IMG/VR virus record: IMGVR_UViG_3300033463_000079 | Span: 1 to 64,000 of that record | Length of the DNA stretch: 64,000 bases | Source: a virus | Lineage: Duplodnaviria > Caudoviricetes | Direction: 5' to 3' (one strand) | Part shown: positions 37,801 through 46,152 of the stretch, one piece after another | Position numbering within the stretch: position 1 is the first letter of the stretch | Layout of the letters: the number at the start of each line of letters is the position of its first letter | Position numbers and translations under genes: made by a program | The notes under the pieces: model-generated | What the model was told of the DNA's origin: nothing | The model's database searches: none | The model's input: only the letters and a program-made list of their open reading frames with translations

Positions 37801-40800
37801 GAGAGACCTCGACCTGCGTGGCAACCTTGAGAAAGCCGATGAACTTATCAAGGAAAAGAGATTTGGCTATGAAGAAGCCGAAGAACTCACCAAGAAGATA
37901 AGGGAAATCGACGAGCAGGTTGCGGAACTCGATGCCAAGAAAAAGACAACGGCACGAGTCCACAAAATTGACAGTCTTGAAGCAGAGAGAAAAAAACTGA
38001 ATACAAGACTCTCTAACGTCATTGAGAACTCAAAGTCTGTTGTTCCAGAGGGCAAGACTGCGAAAGAAACATTCAACAAAGTCGTTGGCGGAAATACCCT
38101 AAAGGCAAAAGGCGAGGGTAAGATGCTCAACAAGTTCTCCGTACGGAAACTGCTTGACGAAAACGATGGCAGTAAGTGGGGAGCAACGAAAGACCTCGGC
38201 AGAGCGTTCCGCCGTAAGACTGAATCGTCTCTTATCGAGTATGAGTCCACAGGCAAACAACTTATCAAGGACGGTCACAAGGAACTCGGACAGGCTCTAT
38301 TAGACCAAGCAAACAACGTCACCGTTTACAAGAATAAGGCGGCGGCGGCGGTCGAGTCTGCGAGAGCAAGTGCTGACGGGACTAAAATAGGCAAGTCCCT
38401 CAATGATGTCTTCAAGGTAGAGGACAAGAACGGCAAAATCGTCGACCTCTTGTTAGAAGAAAATGCAGAAATGAGACAAGACCTCTCAAACTATTTATTC
38501 TGCAAACACTCTTTTGCAAGAGAAGAGCAAGGGAAGAAAGTCTTTGGTGTCATCGACGAAGACGGAAAGCCGAAGTGGACAAACGCAAGTACCGAGCAGT
38601 ACATGAAAGAGATAGAAAAAGAATACGGAAAGAAAACCGTCAAGGCATTTGAACGGGAAATCCGCGATTTCATAGACTATCTCAACGAGTACAGGCTCGA
38701 TACGGGCTTAATGAGCAAGGAACTCCTTGACAAATTAAACGACATCTATCCTTATTATATTCCTACCAACAGGGCGGTCGTGAATAAGCCTCCAAAGGAA
38801 TACGAACTCCCGAAGAATGTCGCGGAAGTAGAAAACGGAATCAAGAGAGCCGTCGGCGGGGACGCTCCGTTGGAAGACCTCTATACACAGTTAGTCAAGA
38901 TGACGATGGCAACTATCCGTTCTGGTGAGCAGAACAAACTGTTAGCCATGTACGCAAAGGCGCACAACATAGAACCGACAAGACTTCCAAAGGACACTAC
39001 GGCAGATGATGTGCTTGAGAGTTCTGTAGAAGCGTTTGATTCCGACCATAGAGGCAATTATAAAATACGTTTCTATGACAACGGAGAAGCAGTCACGATT
39101 CCTGTCAACAAGCATGCGGCAAAGGGAATCCGAGAGTTCAACGGACAGGACTACGCGACGCTTATTGAAGTGTCCGCGAAACTTGGAAAACTCCTGCACA
39201 TGCGTGAGTATAAAGGACTCATTACAGACTGGAACTTGGTGTTCGGTGTTCGTAACGGAATGAGAGACGCTCAACAGGCTCTCGTAAACTCTAAAGATTC
39301 TCGTTACTTCACGGCATCAATCCCTCGCGCGAGGGCGGCGGTCGCAAACGAGAACAATGCCTTTAGAGTTCTCTACGACGCAAACGGCGGAAGATACTCA
39401 ACTCTGCAACAAATAAACAGGCTCGATGAAATCGGTGCGCTCAATAAAAAGGGTGGCACGGTCGCCAAAGGACTTGAAAAAATCGAGGACATCAACGGCG
39501 CAATCGAAATGATGCCTCGTATGTGCGAGTTCATCGGCACTATCCAAAAAGAGGCTGACAATATCCTCGGAAGTAAAGGTATCAAGGAACTCAAGCGTGA
39601 AATCGAGGCAGAGGCTTCGGCTATCCCAGAGGCAGAGCGGACTGCGTGGATTGAAAATGAGTACGCGCAGAGAATCGTTGACCTTATTAAAAAGGAAAAG
39701 CCAGACATCATCGCAACTGCGATTAGAAACTCTGCTGACGTAACTGTAAACTTCTCAAGAAGTGGCGTTGTGACAAAGGCGTTCAACGCAGGCTTTGTCC
39801 CTTACCTCAATCCATCGGTACAGGGTCTTTCAAAGATGATGCGTATGTTCACGGAGTCAAAGGCTCAAGGATTCGGCAAACTCGCATGTTTCGGCGCAAA
39901 GTTAAGTGTTCTCACGATTGCCCCTGCGATGCTCAACGAGATTCTGTGTAAGGATAATGAGGCTTACCAGAGCATCAATTCAAGAGACAAAGACAATGCG
40001 TTCTTTATCCCGATGTCCCTGTTTGGTGGTGAACCAGACAAGTTCATCAAGATTCCAAAGCCAAGAGAAAACGCGGTATTGGCAGAGCCGTTTGAATATG
40101 GTTTGAGATACTTCATGGACAAGGCGCAGTACGGAACTCTTGACGAATTCAAGCAGATGTTTCTTTCTGCAGAGGCTAATGTCGGTATCGTGAATGTGTG
40201 GGAAGACAATATCGCGTCTCCAATTCTTAATACCATGATGAATAAGACATGGTACGGCGGCGACATTCTTTCCAAACAGGAACTCAAGAACGTAGAAAAT
40301 GACGAGGCTTGGAAGAATTACGACGAGACGACATCTTGGTTCGCGAAAAAGATGGGCAAACTTGCCAACATTTCCCCAAAGAAAGTGGACAACATTTTAG
40401 ATTCGTATACAGGTCTCATTTATGACTTCGGAATCTCGCAGACCTCACAAAAGAATCTAAACGACGTATATTCATCGCCAAAGAACTTCGTCAAGAACAA
40501 TCCGTTTGTTCAGCAATTTATGAAAGACGCGGTGTTCTCAAATAAATATGCTACGAAATTCTGGGATAAGGCTGACGAACTCAATGAGGGGCATAATGGC
40601 GACAAAGACACGATAGAATACCGTGAGTACATGGCTAAATATGGCTACGATACATTCACCTACGATTCTGCGATAGCAGGAGTAGATAACGACAAGAATA
40701 TTCCAAAGGAAGAAAAAGTCGAAATCAAACGCGAACTTCGCAAGTGCAAGAACCAACTTCTGCAACGCGCATTAAATGGCGAGGAAGTCAAGTATGACCC

Positions 40801-41860
40801 GATGCAGAGGATAATCAATATCTATAAGCGTCACGGAATCGAAAACGCAACAGATATATGTCTTTCATCGTATGCAGAGGGCGACCATGCGGACGCGTAT
40901 AAACACCTTAAACAGTCAAAGGAATACAGGGACGCGACAGACGCAGAAAAGTTAGAACTGCAACGGAAGTTCCTCAAGACCTATAAGGGCGTAAAGAGAA
41001 TCGCGAGATTCACAGGAGATAGCGACAAGTTCGTCAATTACTCTACAGTTGAATATGTGTGCGCGAAGAACGGCTATACAGGCGGTCTTATTGCCAACAT
41101 GTACGCGTGGAAGTCTAAAGAGTATGCGGTCGAAAAAGGCTTGAAAGACATGAAGAGGTATATCGACGCGGGATATACTGAAAAGAACTTCAAGGTCACA
41201 ATGAGAGCCATGAATCGCGGTGCTGAAAAGTTGGGAGACCCCGACAAGCCTTATGCTTCTAAACTTGAAGATTATAATAAGGCGATGATTAACGCAGAGA
41301 ATGGCTATCGTGACGGTGCATATCTCGTTGCTTCTCCGTACATAAAAGACTCGCAAATGAACGCGGCTCGTTGTCTAACAGAGGGACACTCTGGCGAAGA
41401 CTTCAAGTGGACTAATAAGCGTGTAAACAAGTTCTGCAAGAAATACGAAATATACGCTGATAAGAACTACAAGTATGACAACGAACAAGTTGCAAATGCC
41501 GTCAAGAAAGAATACGGAGATAAAACGCCAGAAGAACAGGCGGCGGTCTACGTGCTTATAACAGGCGACACAGAGGGTAATCCGTTCGGAGAAATCGGCG
41601 ATTATTCCCACAAGAATGATTCTGGACTTCTTGAAGACGAAGAGAAGAAAGGAAAAGGCGGTCGCGGAAGAGGAAGAGGTCGTCGCGGAGGCGGTGGCGG
41701 AGGCAAAGGCTCAAAAGGAACTATGCCGTCAACATCGTCTGGCGCAATCAACGGCAAAGTAACCGACGTATTCGCAGGCTCTAACGGTTCAAAGGCATCG
41801 ACACTCAATGATGCATATAGAAAAAAGGTTAGGAAACTGCGCGAACAAATGTATAAATAA
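31889..41860 (+). CDS. giant polyvalent/ejected protein (3323 aa): two HExxH zincin-like peptidases, ART-like domain, LPD23-like and LPD38-like domains
   Basis: GHETMH at ~34034; FHGT...YQVRLKMNNPL...GYDGVIF...KSADPVTYDDNG at 34613-35870; TGGWVVDSDGKAKM at ~36230; HEVQHAIQ..EGF...GEFESR at 36698-37100; LPD38-like IKIPKP at ~40030. Confidence 0.8.
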   Translation: MAEHKIRQKTTTPKKKKPEEDRFGKKGKQQAKKAKAEKTGASKLNKTGNSRADERREGAVRARENPVNKTRGGAQNYIIKDKVQPILTAPTKTVSGALKNAQNTAGQARNQHRGGHVTNVVDKTNRSKTHGASTTVVTTPQTKRNDRLTAKGQVERDKAIKANDQKIQTVADTKAKNDKNGYAYGGKLIKTLDKYNEKVDKALEEGKKKDLEYAAESFSDKKVDIPFYTKYAKGKAEAEAKKALKEGGVTQKKGKENVDNWITETESNWDKSGFKVTDDTVVTEDGKTWGQIKQEAYDQEAARIRFERSKYINQSTNGVGQLSAQDIVKGGIEMGSEFIDYGVPYMATAKGSIKVAEKLMAKAAKAGKTGAKVAPKTEAAIGRLVADGKLTPQAAKKLNTQIAIKSGAKSFSKELVANALQDATIGTAIDLGKGIEQGLQGKDLEKYMKDNAIANLALGIPMSGIAGRAGAKEAKQALAEDIAGSVNKFTNLTREEGFELDNLIKKSNDKNATLGNFEAQRLSELQDKALGGDSAVVNSKGKIEVNKAETTVEGLSREDAKEYIKLRAKAASGQIQPHELGNLAGLQKKVEQAYKQTEAKAQKTINISNKRITSAMQEDAEMAVRFFERTGDKARLKQANDVLERAKKATAEKNAALETNIDKMKDITKGNYRWVDSKEMEALTGDGRIGGYYDEATGEIVVNRDSPQAYQTIIGHETMHMLKAANREGYDKLANMLADYVKELDEYDSLVAEVKQAYPELVAKGDADALDEELVSEMLGRYVFGEDDTFIKKLAGEDPTTLQKIINYIKKLFANNDNAELREQFAKLEQTALEQIRDAHPEVIARENARKKWSRIVDSSGERVDVADRQISARVIDQCYLDAVKCGDLDLAQRIVDQHLLSQGFGIPAFHGTTRFGFTTVDMGKLDDGASIFAARSPAVAHTYTGSYRSSRPNVKKIGNPKEPLKNKIQHKTKWDIDHLNGVSKEYLGIDLEIDKYLDDLTGVEATINGEFGRPRDFSIDDYMEWDNPVTGKHNDSTPIELFDYATGDERGDFVKDYSLYNKIKNHIRDEYRYDKSLDAYTKRDNEFELLDIDERDELLELARDIDNEVVKRLTEYFGTARYGENGIYQVRLKMNNPLIVDCGGSWWNDIDGSAFKYSVEDKIAIENFHAFEEEYKEYVEDVIEDNITDADNVSLNALLDDGKYEEYYEFKNDLEDYLMEIGQIVDEDEFVGRGMSKVFKTNDEYDDAYDVFIEKGRAVDNDDKTYNTRYVSQYARNNGYDGVIFKDIVDTGNGRYIEDDVYIVFSNEQMKSADPVTYDDNGNIIPPSRRGLGDKVEAEKSRSFEKKALENHVEVQSDGALMDVDTGVVLYDPRDGWKDSDFDWEKTHGISEKEYENWLSYNNPRSKRDMRYSKFGVKGATGEQKALGEQAEQMFKDGVPVDEIYYNTGGWVVDSDGKAKMRFSDKDMKLNIKMKSLKPAKSVSDIQKASDAWEAAEDAFDKAVARNADDAELGRLLGNIQKAEEALDIAQNGVKEIPLGELIEHNELFKRYPKFKDDITVKFTTKSYIGGEGMLVDTGGGTFTIYVRRNGLTKEKLKETLVHEVQHAIQDTEGFARGTSPEEWQRITKKILSEMDDVENSLPSGFTFEKDGSNWVIKNSKTGSTASASKPENVRFDFFKGIDARELRAKFNEWVDLKNDLDAMTTQISNAPDNVRREVAKQGKFQYSNTKGEFESRNAEYEMNEPLSNMRGYDEVEARERTKMNRGQKPDSDAFVNEHELKVEDYEKKYGGKKASKFAKETQNAKTSRETVNATKKEKKALEQKLSGKLSKDKRAEVEDQLVKLEERLEKETAFMHQSNTPIYKKRIEENRKAIKELEKELKKTKDADEIKKIQKQITNKERWITTNENWINWKPKQVVSDVPVKELSDGELSKEYNSINKELKKEQESIRTKRLLEERRDALSKEAEKRDLDLRGNLEKADELIKEKRFGYEEAEELTKKIREIDEQVAELDAKKKTTARVHKIDSLEAERKKLNTRLSNVIENSKSVVPEGKTAKETFNKVVGGNTLKAKGEGKMLNKFSVRKLLDENDGSKWGATKDLGRAFRRKTESSLIEYESTGKQLIKDGHKELGQALLDQANNVTVYKNKAAAAVESARASADGTKIGKSLNDVFKVEDKNGKIVDLLLEENAEMRQDLSNYLFCKHSFAREEQGKKVFGVIDEDGKPKWTNASTEQYMKEIEKEYGKKTVKAFEREIRDFIDYLNEYRLDTGLMSKELLDKLNDIYPYYIPTNRAVVNKPPKEYELPKNVAEVENGIKRAVGGDAPLEDLYTQLVKMTMATIRSGEQNKLLAMYAKAHNIEPTRLPKDTTADDVLESSVEAFDSDHRGNYKIRFYDNGEAVTIPVNKHAAKGIREFNGQDYATLIEVSAKLGKLLHMREYKGLITDWNLVFGVRNGMRDAQQALVNSKDSRYFTASIPRARAAVANENNAFRVLYDANGGRYSTLQQINRLDEIGALNKKGGTVAKGLEKIEDINGAIEMMPRMCEFIGTIQKEADNILGSKGIKELKREIEAEASAIPEAERTAWIENEYAQRIVDLIKKEKPDIIATAIRNSADVTVNFSRSGVVTKAFNAGFVPYLNPSVQGLSKMMRMFTESKAQGFGKLACFGAKLSVLTIAPAMLNEILCKDNEAYQSINSRDKDNAFFIPMSLFGGEPDKFIKIPKPRENAVLAEPFEYGLRYFMDKAQYGTLDEFKQMFLSAEANVGIVNVWEDNIASPILNTMMNKTWYGGDILSKQELKNVENDEAWKNYDETTSWFAKKMGKLANISPKKVDNILDSYTGLIYDFGISQTSQKNLNDVYSSPKNFVKNNPFVQQFMKDAVFSNKYATKFWDKADELNEGHNGDKDTIEYREYMAKYGYDTFTYDSAIAGVDNDKNIPKEEKVEIKRELRKCKNQLLQRALNGEEVKYDPMQRIINIYKRHGIENATDICLSSYAEGDHADAYKHLKQSKEYRDATDAEKLELQRKFLKTYKGVKRIARFTGDSDKFVNYSTVEYVCAKNGYTGGLIANMYAWKSKEYAVEKGLKDMKRYIDAGYTEKNFKVTMRAMNRGAEKLGDPDKPYASKLEDYNKAMINAENGYRDGAYLVASPYIKDSQMNAARCLTEGHSGEDFKWTNKRVNKFCKKYEIYADKNYKYDNEQVANAVKKEYGDKTPEEQAAVYVLITGDTEGNPFGEIGDYSHKNDSGLLEDEEKKGKGGRGRGRGRRGGGGGGKGSKGTMPSTSSGAINGKVTDVFAGSNGSKASTLNDAYRKKVRKLREQMYK

Positions 41861-41864
41861 TATG

Positions 41865-41903
41865 TAAGAACCCTCGGCTTCGGTCGGGGGTTCTTATTTT
41901 TTT
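41865..41903 (+). terminator. strong intrinsic terminator with UUCG loop
   Basis: TAAGAACCCTCGGC-TTCG-GTCGGGGGTTCTTA plus T-run. Confidence 0.9.
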
Positions 41904-41924
41904 GAAAAAAATTAAATTTAGGGG

Positions 41925-41953
41925 TTGCATTGTATGCAATTGTGTGTTATAAT
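41925..41953 (+). promoter_or_regulatory. sigma-A promoter TTGCAT-17-TATAAT with a palindrome over the -35
   Basis: TTGCAT 41925-41930, TG-n-TATAAT 41945-41953; TTGCAT-tgt-ATGCAA inverted repeat. Confidence 0.85.
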
Positions 41954-41976
41954 GAGTTCGCAAAGGAGGTGAGGAT

Positions 41977-42114
41977 ATGACAAAAGAACGGCTTGCCGTA
42001 ACGATTGACAAAGAACTTTACCGAAGAATCGTCGAGCAGGCAAAAGCGGAGAACAGGAATTTATCCAACTACGTAGAGACGCTTTTATACCAAGTTCTCG
42101 GCAAAGAAAAATAG
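41977..42114 (+). CDS. ribbon-helix-helix (Arc/CopG-like) regulator, 45 aa
   Basis: MTKERLAVTIDKELYRRIVEQAKAENRNLSNYVETLL; aaggaggt RBS. Confidence 0.85.
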   Translation: MTKERLAVTIDKELYRRIVEQAKAENRNLSNYVETLLYQVLGKEK

Positions 42115-42163
42115 GTGGGTTTACGGGTAATTATTCCGATAATCATAATTTTGGAATAACCGC

Positions 42164-42195
42164 AAACACCACCAAAAGAAAGGGTGGTGTTTTTT
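42164..42195 (+). terminator. terminator/attenuator hairpin overlapping the next RBS
   Basis: AAACACCACC-N9-GGTGGTGTTT followed by TTT. Confidence 0.7.
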
Positions 42196-42196
42196 A

Positions 42197-42484
42197 TTGA
42201 GAGTGAAAATCGTTGTAGGTACTGATTACGCAGACTTACAAAACCAGTTGAACGATTACCTTGAAAAATTAGACAGAACCCCTGCAACGGTTAGATACGA
42301 ATTGGACAAACTAATCGCAATAGTAGAACACGAAGAGAAGAAGATTGTAAGCAGATGTTGCGATTGCCAGTTCTACGACGCGGGCGGAGACTCGCGGGGA
42401 GCGTGGGGACTGTGCCACAGAAAGGGCATAAGGACAAAGTTCAACAAAGAGAAGTGTGAATTATTTATGGACATTAGAGTTTAA
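42197..42484 (+). CDS. hypothetical protein with CCDCQFY...CH motif
   Basis: ORF track. Confidence 0.65.
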   Translation: MRVKIVVGTDYADLQNQLNDYLEKLDRTPATVRYELDKLIAIVEHEEKKIVSRCCDCQFYDAGGDSRGAWGLCHRKGIRTKFNKEKCELFMDIRV

Positions 42485-42490
42485 GGAGGA

Positions 42491-42742
42491 ATGAGAATGA
42501 AGATTTTGAAGAACGTAGAAATGCCAACTAACATCGGAAGAAACAGACTCGGAGAATCATCGCTTGCGTTGATGGACTTCTACGAGAACGGAGACAAGAA
42601 CATCAAGTTCGAGTGCGAGTCAAAGAAAGAGGCTAACGCAGTTTACTCCACGATATTCGGCACGGCGAAGAGATACGGACTCGATGTAAAAATCGTAAGA
42701 AGTATGAACGACATCTATGTAGTTCGCAAGGAGAGCGAGTAA
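42491..42742 (+). CDS. hypothetical protein
   Basis: aaggagg RBS. Confidence 0.7.
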   Translation: MRMKILKNVEMPTNIGRNRLGESSLALMDFYENGDKNIKFECESKKEANAVYSTIFGTAKRYGLDVKIVRSMNDIYVVRKESE

Positions 42743-42939
42743 TGCTCTCGGCATGGCAGAAAAAGGTCAAGTGCGAAATGATAATGAGAGACATGGAGTG
42801 TGAAGACCTTGCCAAAGCGGTAGGGAGCAAAAGCGGATATATAAGACAGTTGCTTTGCGCAACGTACGCAGATATTCCGCAGAGCAATCCCACCAAGAAG
42901 AGAATCAGTAAGTTTTTAGGATTGGAGGCGATAGAATGA
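42742..42939 (+). CDS. XRE/Cro-like HTH protein
   Basis: EDLAKAVGSKSGYIRQLL...KKRISKFLG. Confidence 0.7.
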   Translation: MLSAWQKKVKCEMIMRDMECEDLAKAVGSKSGYIRQLLCATYADIPQSNPTKKRISKFLGLEAIE

Positions 42940-43493
42940 ACTATTTTGAGAAACTGAACTCAATCAACGTAAATGACCACGTTGAAAAAAAGAACGGTCT
43001 CACCTATCTGTCGTGGGCATGGGCATGGTCGGAAGTAAAGAAAGCATATCCGACCGCCAACTACACAGTCTACGAGAACGCAGACGGTTGGTGCTATCAC
43101 ACAGACGGAAAGACCGCTTGGGTAAAGACTGGCGTAACCATTGAGGGAATCGAACACATTGAAATGCTCCCTGTGATGGACTACAGAAACAAGTCTATCC
43201 CTGTAGATAATATCACAAGTTTCGACGTAAATAAAGCGATTCAGCGCAGTCTTACAAAGGCGTGTGCAAGGCACGGACTCGGACTTTATATCTACGCAGG
43301 GGAAGACCTGCCAGAAGATGCAACGGCTAACGTAGAGTTCACAAGAAAGGAACTCTTGGATAAGGTCGATGCGTTAATGGAAGTTAAAGGTGTTAGTTAT
43401 GACGAGGTTCTTGAACTCGGCAACGCGAACAGTCTCGGAGACTTTGACGATGCGAGACTCAAGAAACTGATTGAATGGTTGGAGGGCAAGTAA
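42936..43493 (+). CDS. sak: Sak/Rad52-like single-strand annealing protein (DUF1071)
   Basis: EKKNGLTYLSWAWAW...FDVNKAIQRSLTKACARHGLGLYIYAGEDLP. Confidence 0.92.
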   Translation: MNYFEKLNSINVNDHVEKKNGLTYLSWAWAWSEVKKAYPTANYTVYENADGWCYHTDGKTAWVKTGVTIEGIEHIEMLPVMDYRNKSIPVDNITSFDVNKAIQRSLTKACARHGLGLYIYAGEDLPEDATANVEFTRKELLDKVDALMEVKGVSYDEVLELGNANSLGDFDDARLKKLIEWLEGK

Positions 43494-43717
43494 TGTGCAG
43501 AGATTGTGAATATGGAAACTACAGAGATTTCGATAACCCCGAAACTGCATACGAAATCATAGACAACGCCATGAGCCGTAAGGACATAAGAGACTCCATC
43601 AAAGAGGGGTACAGACAATGGCTCGAAGATACGGCGAGAGAATATTTCTGCGATGTCGGAGATTGGAACGATGAGTGGAAAGACGCTTGGCGAGAAGTGG
43701 TGTGGGAAATCATATGA
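43493..43717 (+). CDS. hypothetical protein
   Basis: ORF track (ATG at 43493). Confidence 0.6.
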   Translation: MCRDCEYGNYRDFDNPETAYEIIDNAMSRKDIRDSIKEGYRQWLEDTAREYFCDVGDWNDEWKDAWREVVWEII

Positions 43718-44565
43718 TTTCTAATACAGACAGAGCGTATTGGTTCGGGGCGAGTGATTCATACAAAGTCATAAACCCCAACCACAACACGCAGACTTGG
43801 CAAAAGTGGTGGAGAGTCAAATGCGGAACAGAAGCCCCCGACTTTACAGGGAACATCTATACAGAGGCAGGGACGAAGTTTGAACACCCAATCCTTGAAG
43901 CATTTGACAAAGACATCAATATGGACAGGCAGTTGGTTATAGAGGATTTGAGACTGCGCGTCAACTACGACGGAGACAAGGACGGAATGATATTTGAGGT
44001 CAAGACTCACAAAGCGGATAAGCCGTTTGAAATTACTCCGTACATCGAGGCGCAGGTGCAGACCGAAATGTATGTTTGGCAGGAGTGCCGAGACGACTTC
44101 AAGGGATTATATATCCTGTCTTATGGACTCACAGAGCATGACTATCTAACAGACGAACCTGTGGTAGACAAAAGCCGAATCAAAGTCCACAAAGTCAAGT
44201 ATAAGAAAGGCGAAGTAAAGAAGTTCCTAAAGTGCCTCAAACCTTTAGTAGAGGAGTTAGACAGTATGAGGAAACCATCAATAATGCAGGACGAGAAGAA
44301 GTGCTATCTCACAGGATATGAGGGAGACGGACTTGATTGTCACCACATATACTTCGGGACGGCAAACAGACGAGTCAGCGACGAGAATGGATTTTGGTGT
44401 TGGCTACGGCATGATATGCACATAGAAAATTCGCCAAACGCAACACCACATAACGACAAAGAGGTAGACCTCTACTTGAAACAGGAGTGTCAAAAGAAGT
44501 TTGAGGAGACACATTCAAGGGAACGATTCATGGAGTTGATAGGGAGAAATTATTTAGATGATTGA
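43714..44565 (+). CDS. YqaJ-like exonuclease with an in-frame C-terminal HNH-like module
   Basis: GASD, GTKFE, VNYDG, FEVKT motifs; then CYLTG...DCHHIYFG...CWLRHDMH; internal RBS and ATG at 44266. Confidence 0.8.
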   Translation: MISNTDRAYWFGASDSYKVINPNHNTQTWQKWWRVKCGTEAPDFTGNIYTEAGTKFEHPILEAFDKDINMDRQLVIEDLRLRVNYDGDKDGMIFEVKTHKADKPFEITPYIEAQVQTEMYVWQECRDDFKGLYILSYGLTEHDYLTDEPVVDKSRIKVHKVKYKKGEVKKFLKCLKPLVEELDSMRKPSIMQDEKKCYLTGYEGDGLDCHHIYFGTANRRVSDENGFWCWLRHDMHIENSPNATPHNDKEVDLYLKQECQKKFEETHSRERFMELIGRNYLDD

Positions 44566-45094
44566 GGTAGGAGTTAAAAAGTGTTGGGTTAAGTTTAAAC
44601 CACCTGCGCCTCCATTGGTAGGGTTTCAAGTTGACCGCGAGGCTCTTGATGAGTTCAAAGACGTTCTCGGCAAAGACCTTAATGGATATGTAATAACCCT
44701 CAAGAAACCAAAGCAGAAGTCAAGAGATATGCACAACTATATGTGGGCATTGTGCGATGCAATCGCAAAGAAAAGGCATGGTTTCATGTCGCTCACAAAG
44801 GAAGACATATACAGACTTGCAGTTAGGGACGTTGGGTTGTGGAATGATGTCAAAGTTCCAAATGAAAGCACAAAGGAACTAATAGAAGACTGGCAGAGAA
44901 ATGGAATTGGTTGGTTTGCGGAGACAGTATTCCGTGGAGACGAAGAAACAACCATAAGGCTTTACAGAGGCGCAAGCGTGTACGATGCAGAGCAATTATA
45001 TAGACTCACAAATTACGTCGTACAGATGGCAAATGATGTTGGAATAAACACAATAACTAAAAGTGAAATGGAACAGTTAAAGGAGAAATGGTAA
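44558..45094 (+). CDS. NinB/YbcN-like recombination protein
   Basis: KSRDMHNYMWALCDAIA...GASVYDAEQLYRLTNYVVQMA. Confidence 0.7.
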   Translation: MIEVGVKKCWVKFKPPAPPLVGFQVDREALDEFKDVLGKDLNGYVITLKKPKQKSRDMHNYMWALCDAIAKKRHGFMSLTKEDIYRLAVRDVGLWNDVKVPNESTKELIEDWQRNGIGWFAETVFRGDEETTIRLYRGASVYDAEQLYRLTNYVVQMANDVGINTITKSEMEQLKEKW

Positions 45095-45834
45095 TGGCAG
45101 AACGGAGAATGTTTGCAAAGACAATAGTAACGAGCGACGCGTTTCTCGACATGCCAATGAGTGCAAGGTGTCTGTACTTTACGCTCGGCATGTTCGCGGA
45201 CGACGATGGGTTTGTCAATTCCCCGAAGTCTATTATGAGGCAGGTCGGTGCTACACAGGACGACATGCAGATTCTAATAGCAAAGAAGTTCGTTCTCCTG
45301 TTCGATAGTGGAGTAATAGTAATCAAGCATTGGCGGATAAACAATTATCTCCGCTCCGACAGATATAAGGAGACAACTTACATCGAGGAAAAGGCGGAGT
45401 TGACGGTAGAAGACAATGGTGCTTACACGAAAAATAATGATGGTATACCAACTGGTATACCAATGGTAGACCATTGTGAAACCCATAATAGTATAGGTAA
45501 GGATAGTATAGATAAGAATATATACGGCGAGTTCAAGAACGTGAGACTCAAAGAAGAAGAGTTCACCAAACTCAAGGAGAAGTTCCCAAAGGACTACAAA
45601 GACAGGATAGAGGCTCTGTCGGTATATATGCGGTCAAAGGGTAAGACCTACAAAGACCACTACGCGACCATACTATCGTGGGCAAGGAAAGAAGAGCGCG
45701 AGAAACCAAAGGTCATAGAGCCTAAAAAGTATAAAGAGTTCGTTAAAGAGGATTATGAGAGGGACGATTTCAAGGCAGAGCAGATGCCACAGGAATTGAG
45801 AGAAAGGTTAGGAGGTATGTTCAATGCAGGTTAG
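45088..45834 (+). CDS. replication initiator (replisome organiser) containing ori iterons
   Basis: MAERRMFAKTIV.SDAFLDMP.SARCLYF...DDDGFV; GIPTGIP iteron linker; YKDHYATILSW. Confidence 0.9.
   Translation: MVMAERRMFAKTIVTSDAFLDMPMSARCLYFTLGMFADDDGFVNSPKSIMRQVGATQDDMQILIAKKFVLLFDSGVIVIKHWRINNYLRSDRYKETTYIEEKAELTVEDNGAYTKNNDGIPTGIPMVDHCETHNSIGKDSIDKNIYGEFKNVRLKEEEFTKLKEKFPKDYKDRIEALSVYMRSKGKTYKDHYATILSWARKEEREKPKVIEPKKYKEFVKEDYERDDFKAEQMPQELRERLGGMFNAG
45441..45515 (+). repeat. putative replication origin: TGGTATACCA iterons plus AT-rich repeats
   Basis: Palindromes at 45441 and 45453, variant tggtagacca at 45464, then agtatag repeats. Confidence 0.7.
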
Positions 45835-46150
45835 TGGACAGGCAACAGTATTCCGCAACGAGCATGACGGAATGAATGGTAAGTGGTATTCATACGCAGT
45901 CGGCGTATCAAGCAAAAAGCAGGACGGAACGTGGGTAAGTTCATACTTACCTACAAAGTTCCGCAAGGGTATCGAGGTAGACAACAAGGCGAGAATCGAC
46001 ATTAAAGATGGGTTCTTGACTGCGAGAGAATACGAGTCCAACGGAGAAAAAAAGAAAGTCATCGAATTGATGGTTCTTGAGTTCTACATGATAGATGAGA
46101 AGAACGACACAGGATTCACGGCTCTTACGGACGATGACGTTCCGTTTTAA
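45824..46150 (+). CDS. ssb: single-stranded DNA-binding protein
   Basis: OB-fold-sized; acidic C-terminal DDDVPF. Confidence 0.85.
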   Translation: MQVSGQATVFRNEHDGMNGKWYSYAVGVSSKKQDGTWVSSYLPTKFRKGIEVDNKARIDIKDGFLTAREYESNGEKKKVIELMVLEFYMIDEKNDTGFTALTDDDVPF

Positions 46151-46152
46151 GA

